A DNA stretch of 64,000 bases from Eledone cirrhosa (lineage: Eukaryota), in NCBI GenBank assembly GCA_964016885.1, contig OZ024743.1:43276001-43340000 (forward strand). The letters are read 5' to 3'. The number at the start of each line of letters is the position of its first letter. Position 1 is the stretch's first letter. Made by a program: the position numbers and the translations under genes. The notes beneath the pieces were generated by a model, which did not search any database, had not been told where the DNA came from, and worked only from the letters and a program-made list of their open reading frames with translations. Shown one piece after another: positions 26,549 through 38,103 of the stretch.

Positions 26549-27696
26549 CTACATACATACATACATATATACATACATTTACGTATGCATATATAGCTCT
26601 GCATTTATACATTTGTATATATACATGCATTTATATTTAAGTGTGTAAGGATGTTGATATGTCTATGTCTTCTTTTTTTGGTAATGAGAAGATTTTGTCG
26701 CCAGATGTTATTACCTATGGCGATTAAATACCACAGCTCTGACTGAAAGCTGACCAGGTTCTCAACTTCATCAAACACTAATGCCGGCCTGTGTGTGTAT
26801 ATATGAGTGTGTGTGTATGTATGTGTATATATGTGTGTATGTATGTATGTATGTATGTGTGTATGTTCCCCACCATTGCTTCTTCTTGTCATTTCTGTTG
26901 AAGTAGCCCTTACTTTCATTCTCTTTGATTTATTTTGATTTTCTTTTATCTCCCTAGGGAATTCGTTGACAAGCTTCTTTAATTTATTTTCTTTGATTTC
27001 TTCATTCAAATCACTGACTGTCTAAGAGACGTACAAATATGACTTATAAAACTTACCAAACTAATGTTGCTTCTAGCGCCCTCAAAGTTTCATAACGCCC
27101 CCTACTGCATAACGCCCCCTTACTGCATAAAACCCTCCTGGAACTACAACCCCCCTCCCCTGGTGGGAGGGGGGGGGGGCATATGGCCGCCGTTGAGAAC
27201 CTTTAGTCTAAAGAGAAAAAGAAATTGCATTGAAAGATACTTGGCAGGTAAGATCATGGTAGTATTACTCTTCAGCTTATATAATCCCATCTGTAACCTC
27301 AGTATTGCAATTTTGTTCATTTTGAGGATTGAGATGACATAGAAGATAATGACTGAGTTAATGATGTTGATAAAATAGGATGTTGACATTTCTCTATCAG
27401 TTGGATCTTTTAAAAATGTTAGATTATACATAAGCACTCTGTAAACATTATTACTTAGTTTAAAACATGTAATTTGAAATAATGTTAAACGAGAATGCTA
27501 AAGACGAAATGTAGCTTCCGGCATAATTTCATAAAATATGTAAAAGTATATCACGTTTTGTAAACATTTTAAATTTTCTAAAACATTATATAAACGCATT
27601 AAATTCTTTTCTCAATCGAACTCATTTATTGGCCATTCAAGGCAATTTCTTTAGATACATAAATATGTACATATCTGGAATAAAGAAATATGTATT

Positions 27697-27731
<35 letters not shown>

Positions 27732-28049
27732 TCGGATTCAGATTTGCACTAAGACAGGACAAACAAACAAATGTGGTAGTCATTCTACACTGTAGGATGC
27801 GAGAAATATATTCTTGTGTTCAGAGTGGACTCAATTACGATATTAGAGAGAACACAATGAATATGATATTCGAATTACAGTAAATGACAACAACAACGAG
27901 TACAAATACGAAAAGAGAAAGTGTGTGAGAGATAGATAGATATATAGGTAGATACATAGATACATAGACAGATATATAGAGAATACTATATGTAGGCTTA
28001 AGTGAATTTTGTTTCCAATGTAGATAAACTCATATTTAACAGTGTATTG

Positions 28050-28570
28050 TTTTCTGTCACCCATTGCATAACAGAAAGCAGATCTTGTTCAAGGCATACA
28101 TGGTCCTTCAATCTGTTGGAGACCTTTGGATCTTGGAGTTATCTGCGAAGATTTTTGTTTTGGTATGCTTAATGAAGATACATGAACCCATCACATTACT
28201 CTTTGGGATAACCTTACTGACTTTAATTGAACATGATCGTACACATTTCATCATAAAGCCCTGTTTACTCTTCACGACAATCCATTCAATCTAACTTTCC
28301 ATAAATTCTTTAACAGCTTGCTGCGATGAACATTGTCAAACGCCTTGCTAAATGCAACGTATATAAAATGTTTTTGAGCCTTCTTGTAGATGCTTTAGTG
28401 TGCCATGGAAATGATGCAGAATCTGCGTTAAGCAGTCCCTATCATCATGAAAGTCCTGCTGTCTAGATTGGTGCCTGGCTGGAATTTAAGTGATCGTTGC
28501 TTTAGACGAAGTAAGATTTTCGGGATCTCAACACTCTCTCAAATTAATGGATATGAGGTGGGAGTGAAAT
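28050..28570 (-). mobile_element. CR1/L2-type LINE RT relic
   Basis: Degenerate FSKAFDNVH..KLL and KIFADNSKI motifs on the minus strand. Confidence 0.55.
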
Positions 28571-29030
28571 CGGACGTTAATTCACTATCCAACCTTCCCA
28601 ATAGCTAAACCACTACCACAAAGCAATTACCTATAACATTTCACTGTACAAAAAAAAAAAAAAAGTTCTACTTTTGGCACAAGGCCAGCAATTATCGCAG
28701 TGTATTACTGGTACTTTATTTTATCGACCCCGTAAGGATGAAAGGCAACGTTAACCTCGGCGGGATTTGAGCTCAGACCATAAAGGGCCGTAACTCTATG
28801 CTGCAAAGCATGGCGTCAGACCCTCTACCGATACTGCCAATCCACCACCCTAAATATAAAAATGATAATAAATCGAGAAAAACGTAACTTTCAAAGTTCA
28901 ATGTGAAGACAATATTATAATTTACTGAAGAAACTAGATTTGACAAAGAACCACTCTTGAAGAGCGAAAATAGGTATACAAAAAAGAATTCCAGACAGGG
29001 AAGTATGTAGGCGCATGGAGCAAACAATAT

Positions 29031-29136
29031 ATATTACTTCGGCAATACATTCACTAATATAGGTACGCTGCAGAGAAATTTAGCATGATCCCCGCCCCAG
29101 CATGATATGTATATTCCCGAAGCGATCAATATTTTA
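29031..29136 (+). pseudogene. RNU6: U6 snRNA pseudogene (full length, diverged)
   Basis: cttcggca.tacat..actaa.at.gg.acg...cagagaa..ttagcatg..ccc...catga.a.g.a.att...gaagcg.tc.atatttt is colinear with U6. The ACAGAGA box is mutated to GCAGAGA. Confidence 0.85.
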
Positions 29137-29141
29137 TATCA

Positions 29142-29330
29142 AGCAGGAGTAAGTAATTGTGGTTAAGAAGATCGCTTTCCATGCATGTGATTTTGAGTTC
29201 CATCACACCGTTATGGAGCAGTTTCCACTGATACAGTCACCGGCTGACCAACACATTTTGAGGAAAATTTGTAAAACCAAACACATGTCGAAAATCATGT
29301 GAATATGTGCTTGTATGTGTCAAATAACGT
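29142..29330 (+). mobile_element. tRNA-derived SINE (second family), degenerate
   Basis: Box A-like tgtggttaag and box B-like gagttccat. A related fragment lies at about 20490-20620. Confidence 0.55.
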
Positions 29331-30841
29331 AACAGTTTAACAAGAGATTTCTGGATAAAATAGTTACTCTTTCGACATGATTTTCTACATCCCTTGATGG
29401 TACCATTCCAACATGGACATAGTCTAATGACTGAAGTAGTTAGAAAATAATGTATGTAAATTCAGAAATCCCAGAATAATGTGAACTATTTCATTATTAT
29501 CAGAAATAATTTATGAACATTGAATAGATAGCGGCAGATTTTGTGAGCAGATATAGATTTATAATTAAGGCATGGAGCGATTATAGACAAAGTTTAATTG
29601 CTAAAACTAGTTCGTTAATGTACCTAACATATCGATTATGGAAACATCATTATAGTTGACGTATGGATCGATATAATATAAGTTACCAAAGTTGTGACAT
29701 TAAATATGATGTCATGCATAAGCTAGCAATAGCTATTTAAAAAAACCAAGATAAACAGGGGAAATCTCAATTGAAAACTACTCCACCATCGGAAGAGGGT
29801 AAACCAGAATTGATATTTTTCAATCTAACCATTCATTTCACATCTCTCTGCCAGCGCTAAATATCATATCTATGTGCACTTCCTCTGGAAGCAACAATCC
29901 TGCTCAATTTTCCTCGTATGTCATCGCCCTTTATTCTGGTAATAAATAGCAACTTACTTTAATGCATAAGAAGCATATATCCGATAGGCTATTTTGGCAT
30001 AATATGCGGATGTCTAATATGTGCTAAGACCAATTCCCAACACAATGAGAAGAAACTGTTAATTATATTTAACTGTATTCAGAACAATAGACAGAAAGCT
30101 TACAAATGACAAATCGATTGCAGTGGATGTAGTTCATGTATACCAGTTAAATAATAAAAGAAAATAGAAAAAAGCACAATCAAAACTGTATGATGACAAA
30201 ATGTTTAGGAATACGAACAATTTTCACATGGAACTATATATCTTTAACAATCATGAACCTGAAAAGTATAGTATTATTACAATATGTTTTTACTAAATTT
30301 CATGTGTCGTAACTCAAACAAATTAAACTTATTCAGCATAATTATACACGGAATCTAAAATTAATTATATGTCATATATATTAAGACAAACGTTTGGGGA
30401 GTGTATGTTTTTGATTTATTTTATCCAACACAAAGATTTGTATTGGAAAAGTAAAATGCGAATACTTTACAAAACAATTTGCCTGCAAGCATAATAATCC
30501 TTCACATTTCATATTTCAAAGAAAGGTGACTGAAATATATTTACAGAGAATTGTAGAAGATTGAGCTCTACTACAGAGACATATGCCTTATAACACATCA
30601 TATATATTTTTTTATTTGAATCAATTGTATATTTCGGATAAAATATTGGTAAAACTGACATGTGGATGGTACACATATGTGATTATGCTTGTGCGTGAGA
30701 GAGAGAGAGAGAGAGAGAGAGTCAGTCAGTCAGAGACAACAGTAGTATTAATAGATGTAATGGCAACTTTTATATAAATACCAGATAGTTATATATTTTG
30801 GTTCCTTTAGCAATCTACTCGGCGATAAATTTGCATAAGTG

Positions 30842-30907
<66 letters not shown>

Positions 30908-32070
30908 ACACGTGCTTTCCTCCTTGACAATTTGTTTTTGTTTCTTCCTCTTCTTACTCTTGTATATAACTTCTATCTCTCCCTATATTTTCTGGTGAAA
31001 GACTAACTTCGAAAGGGTTGAGAGCTTATTCTACTATATCAAACGTTAAAATCATATCTTTCATCTATTTACTGAATCATTCCCTGTGTTTCCTTTTCCT
31101 AATTGAGTTTTCGAATAGATATTCATACATACACACTAACTTCCCACATATATACCTGATAACTAAAAACCCCTTCGATATCATGAAACCCATTAAACCA
31201 TGGTTTTCCTTGGGTGTCAGTAATACATAGCAGTAATCATTTGTATTATGATTCGTATATCCATTGGTGGTTTCTAGATGGCGAGCATTGCTGTGGGGAT
31301 GCCATGAAAACTCCCATGTTTCTAGTAATGAACTCTATATATTTTCACTTCGCTTTCAACATTCTTGTACATTATTCTCATGTAGATGTTTATGCATCTG
31401 CCTTGGCATCTTCTCTCATACCAAAGTTTTAGGTTAATATTTAGTTCAAGAATAGTTTCGATGCGGTTTCTCCATATACATCCTATTTCTCTGTTTTATG
31501 CTTTGTGAAATCTTTAAAAAAAGACAGGGAAAGAAAATTGTCCTACTGTCTTTTAATTAGATTTTATCCTACAGTAGATATTCTATAGTCCTACAGCAGA
31601 TATTCTATAGTCATTACCTATTTGCAATGTCCGCCAGCTTTCTTATGTCTCAGTGAATTTTAAATGCAGTTATAAATGATGCTTGTACTCTTGTCTCGGC
31701 TTAATAATTATTTTAACGTCCAATTGGGAATATTTCAATTATAACTTATTATGCAAAAACTGGAGTATATATTGCTATTACCTGAATGTTTAGCAGTTAG
31801 CAGTGTGTTAATTATTAATAAGACTGTAATATCTTTCCTATCATTTCAGTGTCTGTGTTTTACGATGTCTAGACATTAATACATTTAAATATATGTACTT
31901 AATATAATTATCGTATCTATATTGCTTTATGTATCAATATGTCAGTGTTTTCTTCAATTATTATTTTGCAATGGTGGCAATCGAAATTTTGGAAAACAAA
32001 TTAATAAACGTTGCAAAAAGTGTTAATTTTGCAAACGTTAACATCAGTCTGTCATAGATATCTACTACTA

Positions 32071-32113
<43 letters not shown>

Positions 32114-32208
32114 GCTGCTGCTGCTACTACTTCTACCACCACCACCACGATATTGTTTGATTTTGATATTCACGTTGTAACAAATAAAATCTTAAAGTCA
32201 TTCGCTTG

Positions 32209-32240
<32 letters not shown>

Positions 32241-32510
32241 ATAATAATAATAATAATGATTTCATTTATTGGCCACAAGGGCCGACATATAGGGGACAAC
32301 ACAATAGACAGGGACAGTGGGGGTTTACATAGAGATCGAGTAAGTATAAATAACAAAAAAACAAAATAACAATAAAAATACAACAATGAAAGTTCCCCAA
32401 TAAGAGGGATCACCACCCAGGGTTGACTCAAGCACCCCACCAGTCCTGAGCCACCCGACGCTCCTAGGGCACCCGGGAAGGGCACCCCTCTCCTTCTCGA
32501 ATTCACCAGC

Positions 32511-35500
32511 CTACAGGCGCATGATCAGAGTAGGCCCACTCACGCGGGCCATTCTCGCCACATTCACCCACCTTTCAGTAAATGTACTGGGGGGCAGCAC
32601 TTCTCTCTCCACCCTCACCTTCCTTTCCAAGTGAAACTTGAAGAAGTTGATGAGGGATTGGCCGAAGAGAAAAGTGTCTGTCTTCAGTCCTTTCAACCTG
32701 GTCCACCATGCAACCTCTTTCGCTACTGCCACCAGGCAGAGGAAAATTGCCTGCCCTTCCTGACCAAAAGAAGGCGGCGGTCAATCTTCACTATGGACTC
32801 GGACGATAGCCGGATCCGTTCTACACGCGACAATAGCTGTTCGACATAACCCCACAAGTCAGCAATGCACGGACACTGGACGAGTGCGTGCAGAACGGTT
32901 TCGTCGCTCTGCGCGCATCTCGGGCAGGTTCGTCTGACAGCACTTCCGTGCCTGTAGAGTTTATCCCGAACCGGCAGCGCCCCCCGGTAGCACTGCCAAG
33001 CGAGGGATTTCTGGAAGTTATCCATCGTCCCCGGCTCGAAAGTCCTCCGGAACATACTGGTCAGTTCTACTTCGTTGACGCCCAGAGCCTCTCCTAGTAC
33101 GTCATCGCACTTGCCCTCCACTAATCCTCTATAGAAATCTTGAGTGGAAGTTCCACTGACCGCATTGCCCACCTTGCAGAGTGCAGTGAGCGCCTGGCAA
33201 CATTCCAGATGCCAGTCGCCCAGTCTCGGTCTCTTCTTGACCCAGGACTGCAGCTCAGTCAAAGAGATGAGCTGCGGAAAGGCCCGTCTAACAAACGGCG
33301 ACCACACCTGTTCACCGTTTAGGCAAAATATCTGGAGATGTCGCAGCCTCAGCGCATGTCTGCGCATCATTAGCCACGGCATGCCCAGCCCTCCACGAAG
33401 AGGGTGCTGGCAGCAGATGGACCGCCTCACCAACGGGACCCGTCCCCTCCACAAAAATTTGAAAAGGAGCCGTTCCAAATTGGCGAGGCGTGGACGGGGG
33501 CAAGGCACGACGGTCAGGCGGTAGTAGATGACGGACGCGATGTACGCGTTCGCCACCTCCGCCCGCCCTTTCAGTGATAGCTTTCTCTCAGCCCATTTCT
33601 GGGTGAGGTTGGCTATCCTGCTCGTCACCTCGTCCCAATTCTTATCCACCTGGAGGTCTGGTCCGAACCAAACCCCGAGCAACTTTACCGGTCCGTCTGT
33701 CCAGCGCCCAACGACGCTGTTGGACGGCATGGACTTGCCTCTCCAGGTGCCGAGCTGCAAGCCCACCGACTTTTCCGGGTTAAGTTTTGCTCCCGTCAAC
33801 CTTTCATATTCCTCCAAATGGGTGCGGATCACCTCGATTTCCGAGGTGTACGACACCATCACGGTGATGTCGTCCGCATAAGCGGACGCAGCCTTTCTAC
33901 GTCCCGGTTCGAGCGGGATGCCCTGCAACAACTCCAGCTTCCGCAGTAGAGGCTCAAGAGTCAATACGTACAGAAGTGAGGAGAGAGGGCACCCTTGACG
34001 GACCGATCGAGAGATCTGAAACGGTTCCGAGAGGTGGCCATTAACTTTGACCACCGAGCGGATGCCGCTGTACATTGCAGCGATCCAGCTTCTGAAGACG
34101 GGGCCGAAGCCAGCCGCCTCGAGGACAGCCTCCAAGTACCGATGGTCGACCCTATCGAATGCTTTCGATTGATCTAAATTGATCAGAGCCCCACCGAAGC
34201 CAGGTTTGCACCCAACCCTCTCTATGATGTATCGCATGAGGTGGAGGTTGTCGTGTATGGACCTGGTCGGGATTGCGCAAGTTTGCGCCTCCCCAACCAA
34301 ATCTTTGACGACAAGCGCCAATCTTTTCGCTAACACCTTGGCCAAAATCTTAAACTCTGTGTTGAGCAGGGTTATGGGCCTGAAATTATCTAGTGTGTCC
34401 CTCTTGTTCTCGTCTTTCCTTATCAGCGTCACTACGCCACGGCTCACAGAACTGGGAATGCTCCCGTTCTGCTGCCAGTTGCAGTAGAGCGCTTCGAGGA
34501 GATCGGAGAACAAGTCTGGCATATTTACGTAAAGCTCGTAGGGCAGACCATCCAAACCGGGTGACTTGCGACTCGAGCAGCCGACAAGGGCGTCCTGAAT
34601 TTCGGCTGATGTTATCGGCTCTTCGCAGCGCTCAGCGTCGGCCGTCGAGAGGCGTGGCAAGCCGTCGAGGTAGGGACTGAAGTCCGCCGCCGTCTCCGAC
34701 TCACCCATCCTCCCGAACAATCGAGCAAAGTGCTGGCGAAAGGCCTCACACATCTGCTTGGAATCGCTCAGTTCGTGTCCATCTCGATCCGTCAAAGACC
34801 GAATTGTGGTTTTATTTCCACGCTGCGTCTCTGCAAAGCGAGCCCATCGGGCAGCTTTGGTTCCCTCGTTCCTCAGAGCACGCGCCTTAGCTCTGACAAT
34901 GCAACCTTCGTGTTTCGCATTGAAGAAATGGTCTAGTGCCATTCTCGCCGCTAGCACGTCTGTTGCAATGCCACTACAAATAGCCTCGTCTAACTTAGCT
35001 ATCAGCCCCTCCTCTTTTCTATTTTTCTCTATTGCTACTTCTTTGCTAAATCCTATCGAGGTTGCTCTAATCTCTCTTTTGAGTGCCCCCCACCACCTGT
35101 TGTTGACAACCCCCCCTGTCAACTTTTGCTTAACTAAGTTGTTGACCCGGTCCCTGTAAGCTTTACGTGCCGGAAACGACATGTTTAGCTTCCAGTAGCT
35201 AGGTCCTAACCTACGTGTCTTATCTAGGTCGACCATACAGATCACAAGCTTGTGATCTGAATAGGCAACCGTTTTAAAATGTGGACATCCTACACTATTT
35301 CTATCTCTTTTCCTAATGAAAATCCTATCTATGTACGATCTAGATGACCCTATGCGATTGGTCCAGGTCCATACTGGCGCATTAGGGAAATCTAGTCGGT
35401 ACCTGTCAGACAGTTGAAACTGGCTGATCAGGTACTTGAGGCTTTTGCACCCCCCGCTCCTATCAGATACTCCCACACAATCCCAGCGTGCTTCTAAGAT

Positions 35501-35929
35501 GCCATTCCAATCCCCTATTAACAGTAAAGGGCGAGACGCAAGCAGAAAGTTTTCCAGGCGCCTAAAGAAGTCCGGCCGACCGGCCCCAGTAGGGGCGTAG
35601 ACGGCCACCAGTCTAAAGGCACCACCTTCGCTATTGCTCACGTCCAGGACCACCAACTTTCCGTCAGGATCCCGGAAGATTGACCTTACCTCGAGATCCA
35701 GACATTTCCTAAACAGCACAGCCACTCCACCTTCCATTCCCGGCCGACTAACAGATGCAAAGATCTGATAATCGTCGAAAATCGGCGCCAGTGCGCGTGT
35801 GTCGGAAATTCTGGTCTCGCTGATGGCAATTACATCCATTCCTAGTGACCTGAGGTCGTTGAGCAAGTGACCTTGCTTCCAGGGCGACCCCAGGCCACGA
35901 ACATTTAAACTTCCTACTCTTATGGCCAT
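32511..35929 (-). CDS. Tx1 ORF2p: APE endonuclease, reverse transcriptase, zf-RVT (one frameshift near 32785)
   Basis: SLNVRGL, ISETR, GDWN, SDH; SPGLDG, NFRPITLLN, DQSKAFD, RQGCPLS, YADD; CPRC..ETVLHALVQC. The tail continues in ORF 32511..32732. Confidence 0.95.
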
Positions 35930-35962
35930 GCTGGCAGGATGAATGGGAGAGGAAAGGTTTAC

Positions 35963-37870
35963 TTACCTTCCGGGGTCTTGTGAAGGTCGGGTGGTTCGAC
36001 CTCCATGGTTTGTGGGGTTTCTTTTGGGAACCCCTTTAATAGTCTTGACGTGGGTTTTACGTTCGGGGTTCCCACATCCCGAGGAAAGCTCTTTCGAATT
36101 TCTTTGTATGAAGCGCAGCGACATTCGCATCAGAAGCAAATTATCTGGTACGCGAAATGTGCTCGCTTCAAATGTTTCCCCGTCTTTTTCGATGTTTGTG
36201 CTTCGTGCTACATGGGCCATCAATTCCTTGTTGGCCCTTCTGGCAAGCACGAAGTTTTTAATGTTTTGTTGCTCGGGTTTTATTTGTTCGTGTGATTGTG
36301 GTGGTGATAGCTTTGTTAGTGTTGTTTCTATTGTGTCTGCGTTTGTTGTGGGTGGGGTGTCTGTAGTTTCTGATGTTTGTGTGTCTATTTGTTCTTGTGT
36401 CTGTTTAGCTTGTTTGCGTTTGGGGGATTTTGGTGGTTGTGTTGGTGATGCTGTGGGGAAAATGTTTGTGTGGGTGGTGTGTGTATTTTTTTTTGTGGGG
36501 GTGTTTGTGCTTTGTGGATTTCTTTTTTTTTTGTGTTTTGTTTTTTGTATTTTGGGGGACTTTGGTTTTCCCTCATCTTCACTGCTGGAGGATGAGGGGT
36601 CTGTGGCTGTGAGCGTGTTTGTGTCTGAGTGAGTGTTTATGTTCTTGTTCGTGTGTGTATTTTGGGGGGGAGGGGGGATGGGAGAGCTTTCCTCGTTTCC
36701 CCCCTGGGTGTGCAATTTTGGTGGTTCCATTGTTGACGGTGTTGCTGGTGGTCCTTGTCCCGGCGTCGCCAGCAGTGGAATCTTTCGACCCCTTGCGCTT
36801 TTCGGCAGTTGAGGGCAGAAGGCTCGCAAGTGTGTCGTTTCCCCACAAAGGAAACAATGCGGCCTTTTGCCCTCAGTCATTATATGCAACATCCTCCCGT
36901 TTTGGAGGCGGATGTGGTCCGGGATTGTTTTTACGTTTTCGGGTCTGATTTGGAGCAGTATCTCCAGATCAACCCCGGACCAGTCGTCCCTGGCAGTTCT
37001 CGTTGCCTCTACCGGGACTGTATCCGTTCCTTCCACGATTACGCAACCCAGGAGCCACCACATATCAAGTCCTGGTGGAATCCTGGGAATGCGCACACGT
37101 GCTATTCGTTTTCCCATGTGGGAGGGGTACATTATGACCTTGCTGGTTTTGCAAGGGGTCATTGAATGCTTCACAGCGAGGGCTTCAGACTTGAACAGCA
37201 CCGAAACGGTGCCGTATTGCCTGCCCCTCTCTATGAAGTCTGTGTCCTCTCTGATGTATTTCAGTGCGGCTTCTATGTCAGCTTGGGCGATTATCGCTGC
37301 CCTCTTTGTCTCTACTGAGATGCATCTGAAATGCACCGTTCTTTTTTCCACTGCCTCAATGGCTTCTGCCGGGACAGTTAAGTTTGCCCAGGTCTGCTCT
37401 TGATTTATGATTTTCCAGGCCTGGGCCAACTTTTCCTCTCTGTTGGTTAAGTCGATGCTGTAGCATGGTCTCCTTTTAGCCGCTGCCACAGCAGCGAAAG
37501 TGTTCTTGTTGGTGTTGTCACTGTTGTTGTTCTTGTTGGTGTTGCTGCTGCTATTGCTGTTGTTGTTCTCCCCTGTGTCGTGGTTACCCTCTGTGCTGTT
37601 GGCCTTGTTGGTGCTGTTGCTGTCGCTACTATTACTCTCTCTGCTGTTCGTTTTGTTGGTGCTCTCGCTATTACCACCTTCTGCGCTGTTCGGCTTGTTG
37701 GTGTTAGTGTTGTCGCTGTTACCACCTTCCGCGCCGCTCGGCCCGTTGGTGCTGGCACTGTCGCTGCTCACATTCGTGCTGGTGGCGCTCCTCGCCTCAC
37801 CTCTCCTCTCAACGCTCAAGTCGCCGTTGCACGACAGCAGGCCCGCCTCTAGGGGGCGTGGCTCCGCCAT
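35963..37870 (-). CDS. Tx1 ORF1p: Asn/Ser-rich N-terminus, RRM-like region, CCHC zinc knuckle, Thr/Pro linker, C-terminal domain
   Basis: CFLCGETTHLRAFC fits CX2CX4HX4C. A 1-nt frameshift near 36110 is probable: the other frame gives YKEIRKSFPRDVG, matching YTNIKTKFPNAVG of T3, and ends ...KTPEGK* at 35959. Confidence 0.9.
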   Translation of the reverse strand: MAEPRPLEAGLLSCNGDLSVERRGEARSATSTNVSSDSASTNGPSGAEGGNSDNTNTNKPNSAEGGNSESTNKTNSRESNSSDSNSTNKANSTEGNHDTGENNNSNSSSNTNKNNNSDNTNKNTFAAVAAAKRRPCYSIDLTNREEKLAQAWKIINQEQTWANLTVPAEAIEAVEKRTVHFRCISVETKRAAIIAQADIEAALKYIREDTDFIERGRQYGTVSVLFKSEALAVKHSMTPCKTSKVIMYPSHMGKRIARVRIPRIPPGLDMWWLLGCVIVEGTDTVPVEATRTARDDWSGVDLEILLQIRPENVKTIPDHIRLQNGRMLHIMTEGKRPHCFLCGETTHLRAFCPQLPKSARGRKIPLLATPGQGPPATPSTMEPPKLHTQGGNEESSPIPPPPQNTHTNKNINTHSDTNTLTATDPSSSSSEDEGKPKSPKIQKTKHKKKRNPQSTNTPTKKNTHTTHTNIFPTASPTQPPKSPKRKQAKQTQEQIDTQTSETTDTPPTTNADTIETTLTKLSPPQSHEQIKPEQQNIKNFVLARRANKELMAHVARSTNIEKDGETFEASTFRVPDNLLLMRMSLRFIQRNSKELSSGCGNPERKTHVKTIKGVPKRNPTNHGGRTTRPSQDPGR

Positions 37871-38103
37871 GTTTTTTTGAGAAAAAAATTATTATTTTTT
37901 TCAAAATAAAGTTCAAATATTTGGGCCAAAAGGCCCAAATATTATGAGTTATTCCTTCACAGGATACAAATTAATGTCTTATAATGCTTCAGCGGTACAA
38001 AAAATAAACAATTCTCTACAATTAATCCTCAAAAATTGCTTACTCACGGAGCTTCAAAAAACGTACATCCACTTTCGTCAATAATAATAATAATAATAAT
38101 AAT

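Larger units (their letters stand above)
32258..38079 (-). mobile_element. L1/Tx1-clade non-LTR retrotransposon, copy T2 (full length, nearly intact)
   Basis: 5' UTR, 635-aa ORF1, 1068-aa ORF2 plus a frameshifted tail, 3' UTR with AATAAA, and (ATT)n on both sides. Confidence 0.97.

Noticed and set aside
27075-27210. Possible hAT/Charlie-like terminus (gttgagaacc..gtcta) with short repeats cataacgccccctactg
   Set aside because: I found no partner TIR or TSD, so the call is unsupported.
32198-32506. Hydrophobic 102-aa ORF in the T2 3' UTR (similar ORFs at 38040-38351), in frame with the literal spliced ORF1, as a membrane-anchor exon
   Set aside because: T-rich UTRs give stop-poor hydrophobic frames by composition. 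The frame is not conserved between T2 and T3, T1 stops after about 32 codons, and the corrected T2 frame stops right after Trp.
35931-35966. 36-nt GT..CAG mini-intron, or single-stop readthrough, fusing ORF1 and ORF2 in frame in T2
   Set aside because: It is very short for a metazoan intron and the CAG is absent in T1 and T3. The in-frame relationship also disappears once the ORF1 frameshift near 36110 is corrected, and it does not hold in T3.
35943-37880. Long plus-strand hydrophobic ORFs opposite Tx1 ORF1 (also at 772-1120, 6397-6735 and 44770-45192)
   Set aside because: They are antisense shadows of Asn/Thr/Ser-rich codon runs.
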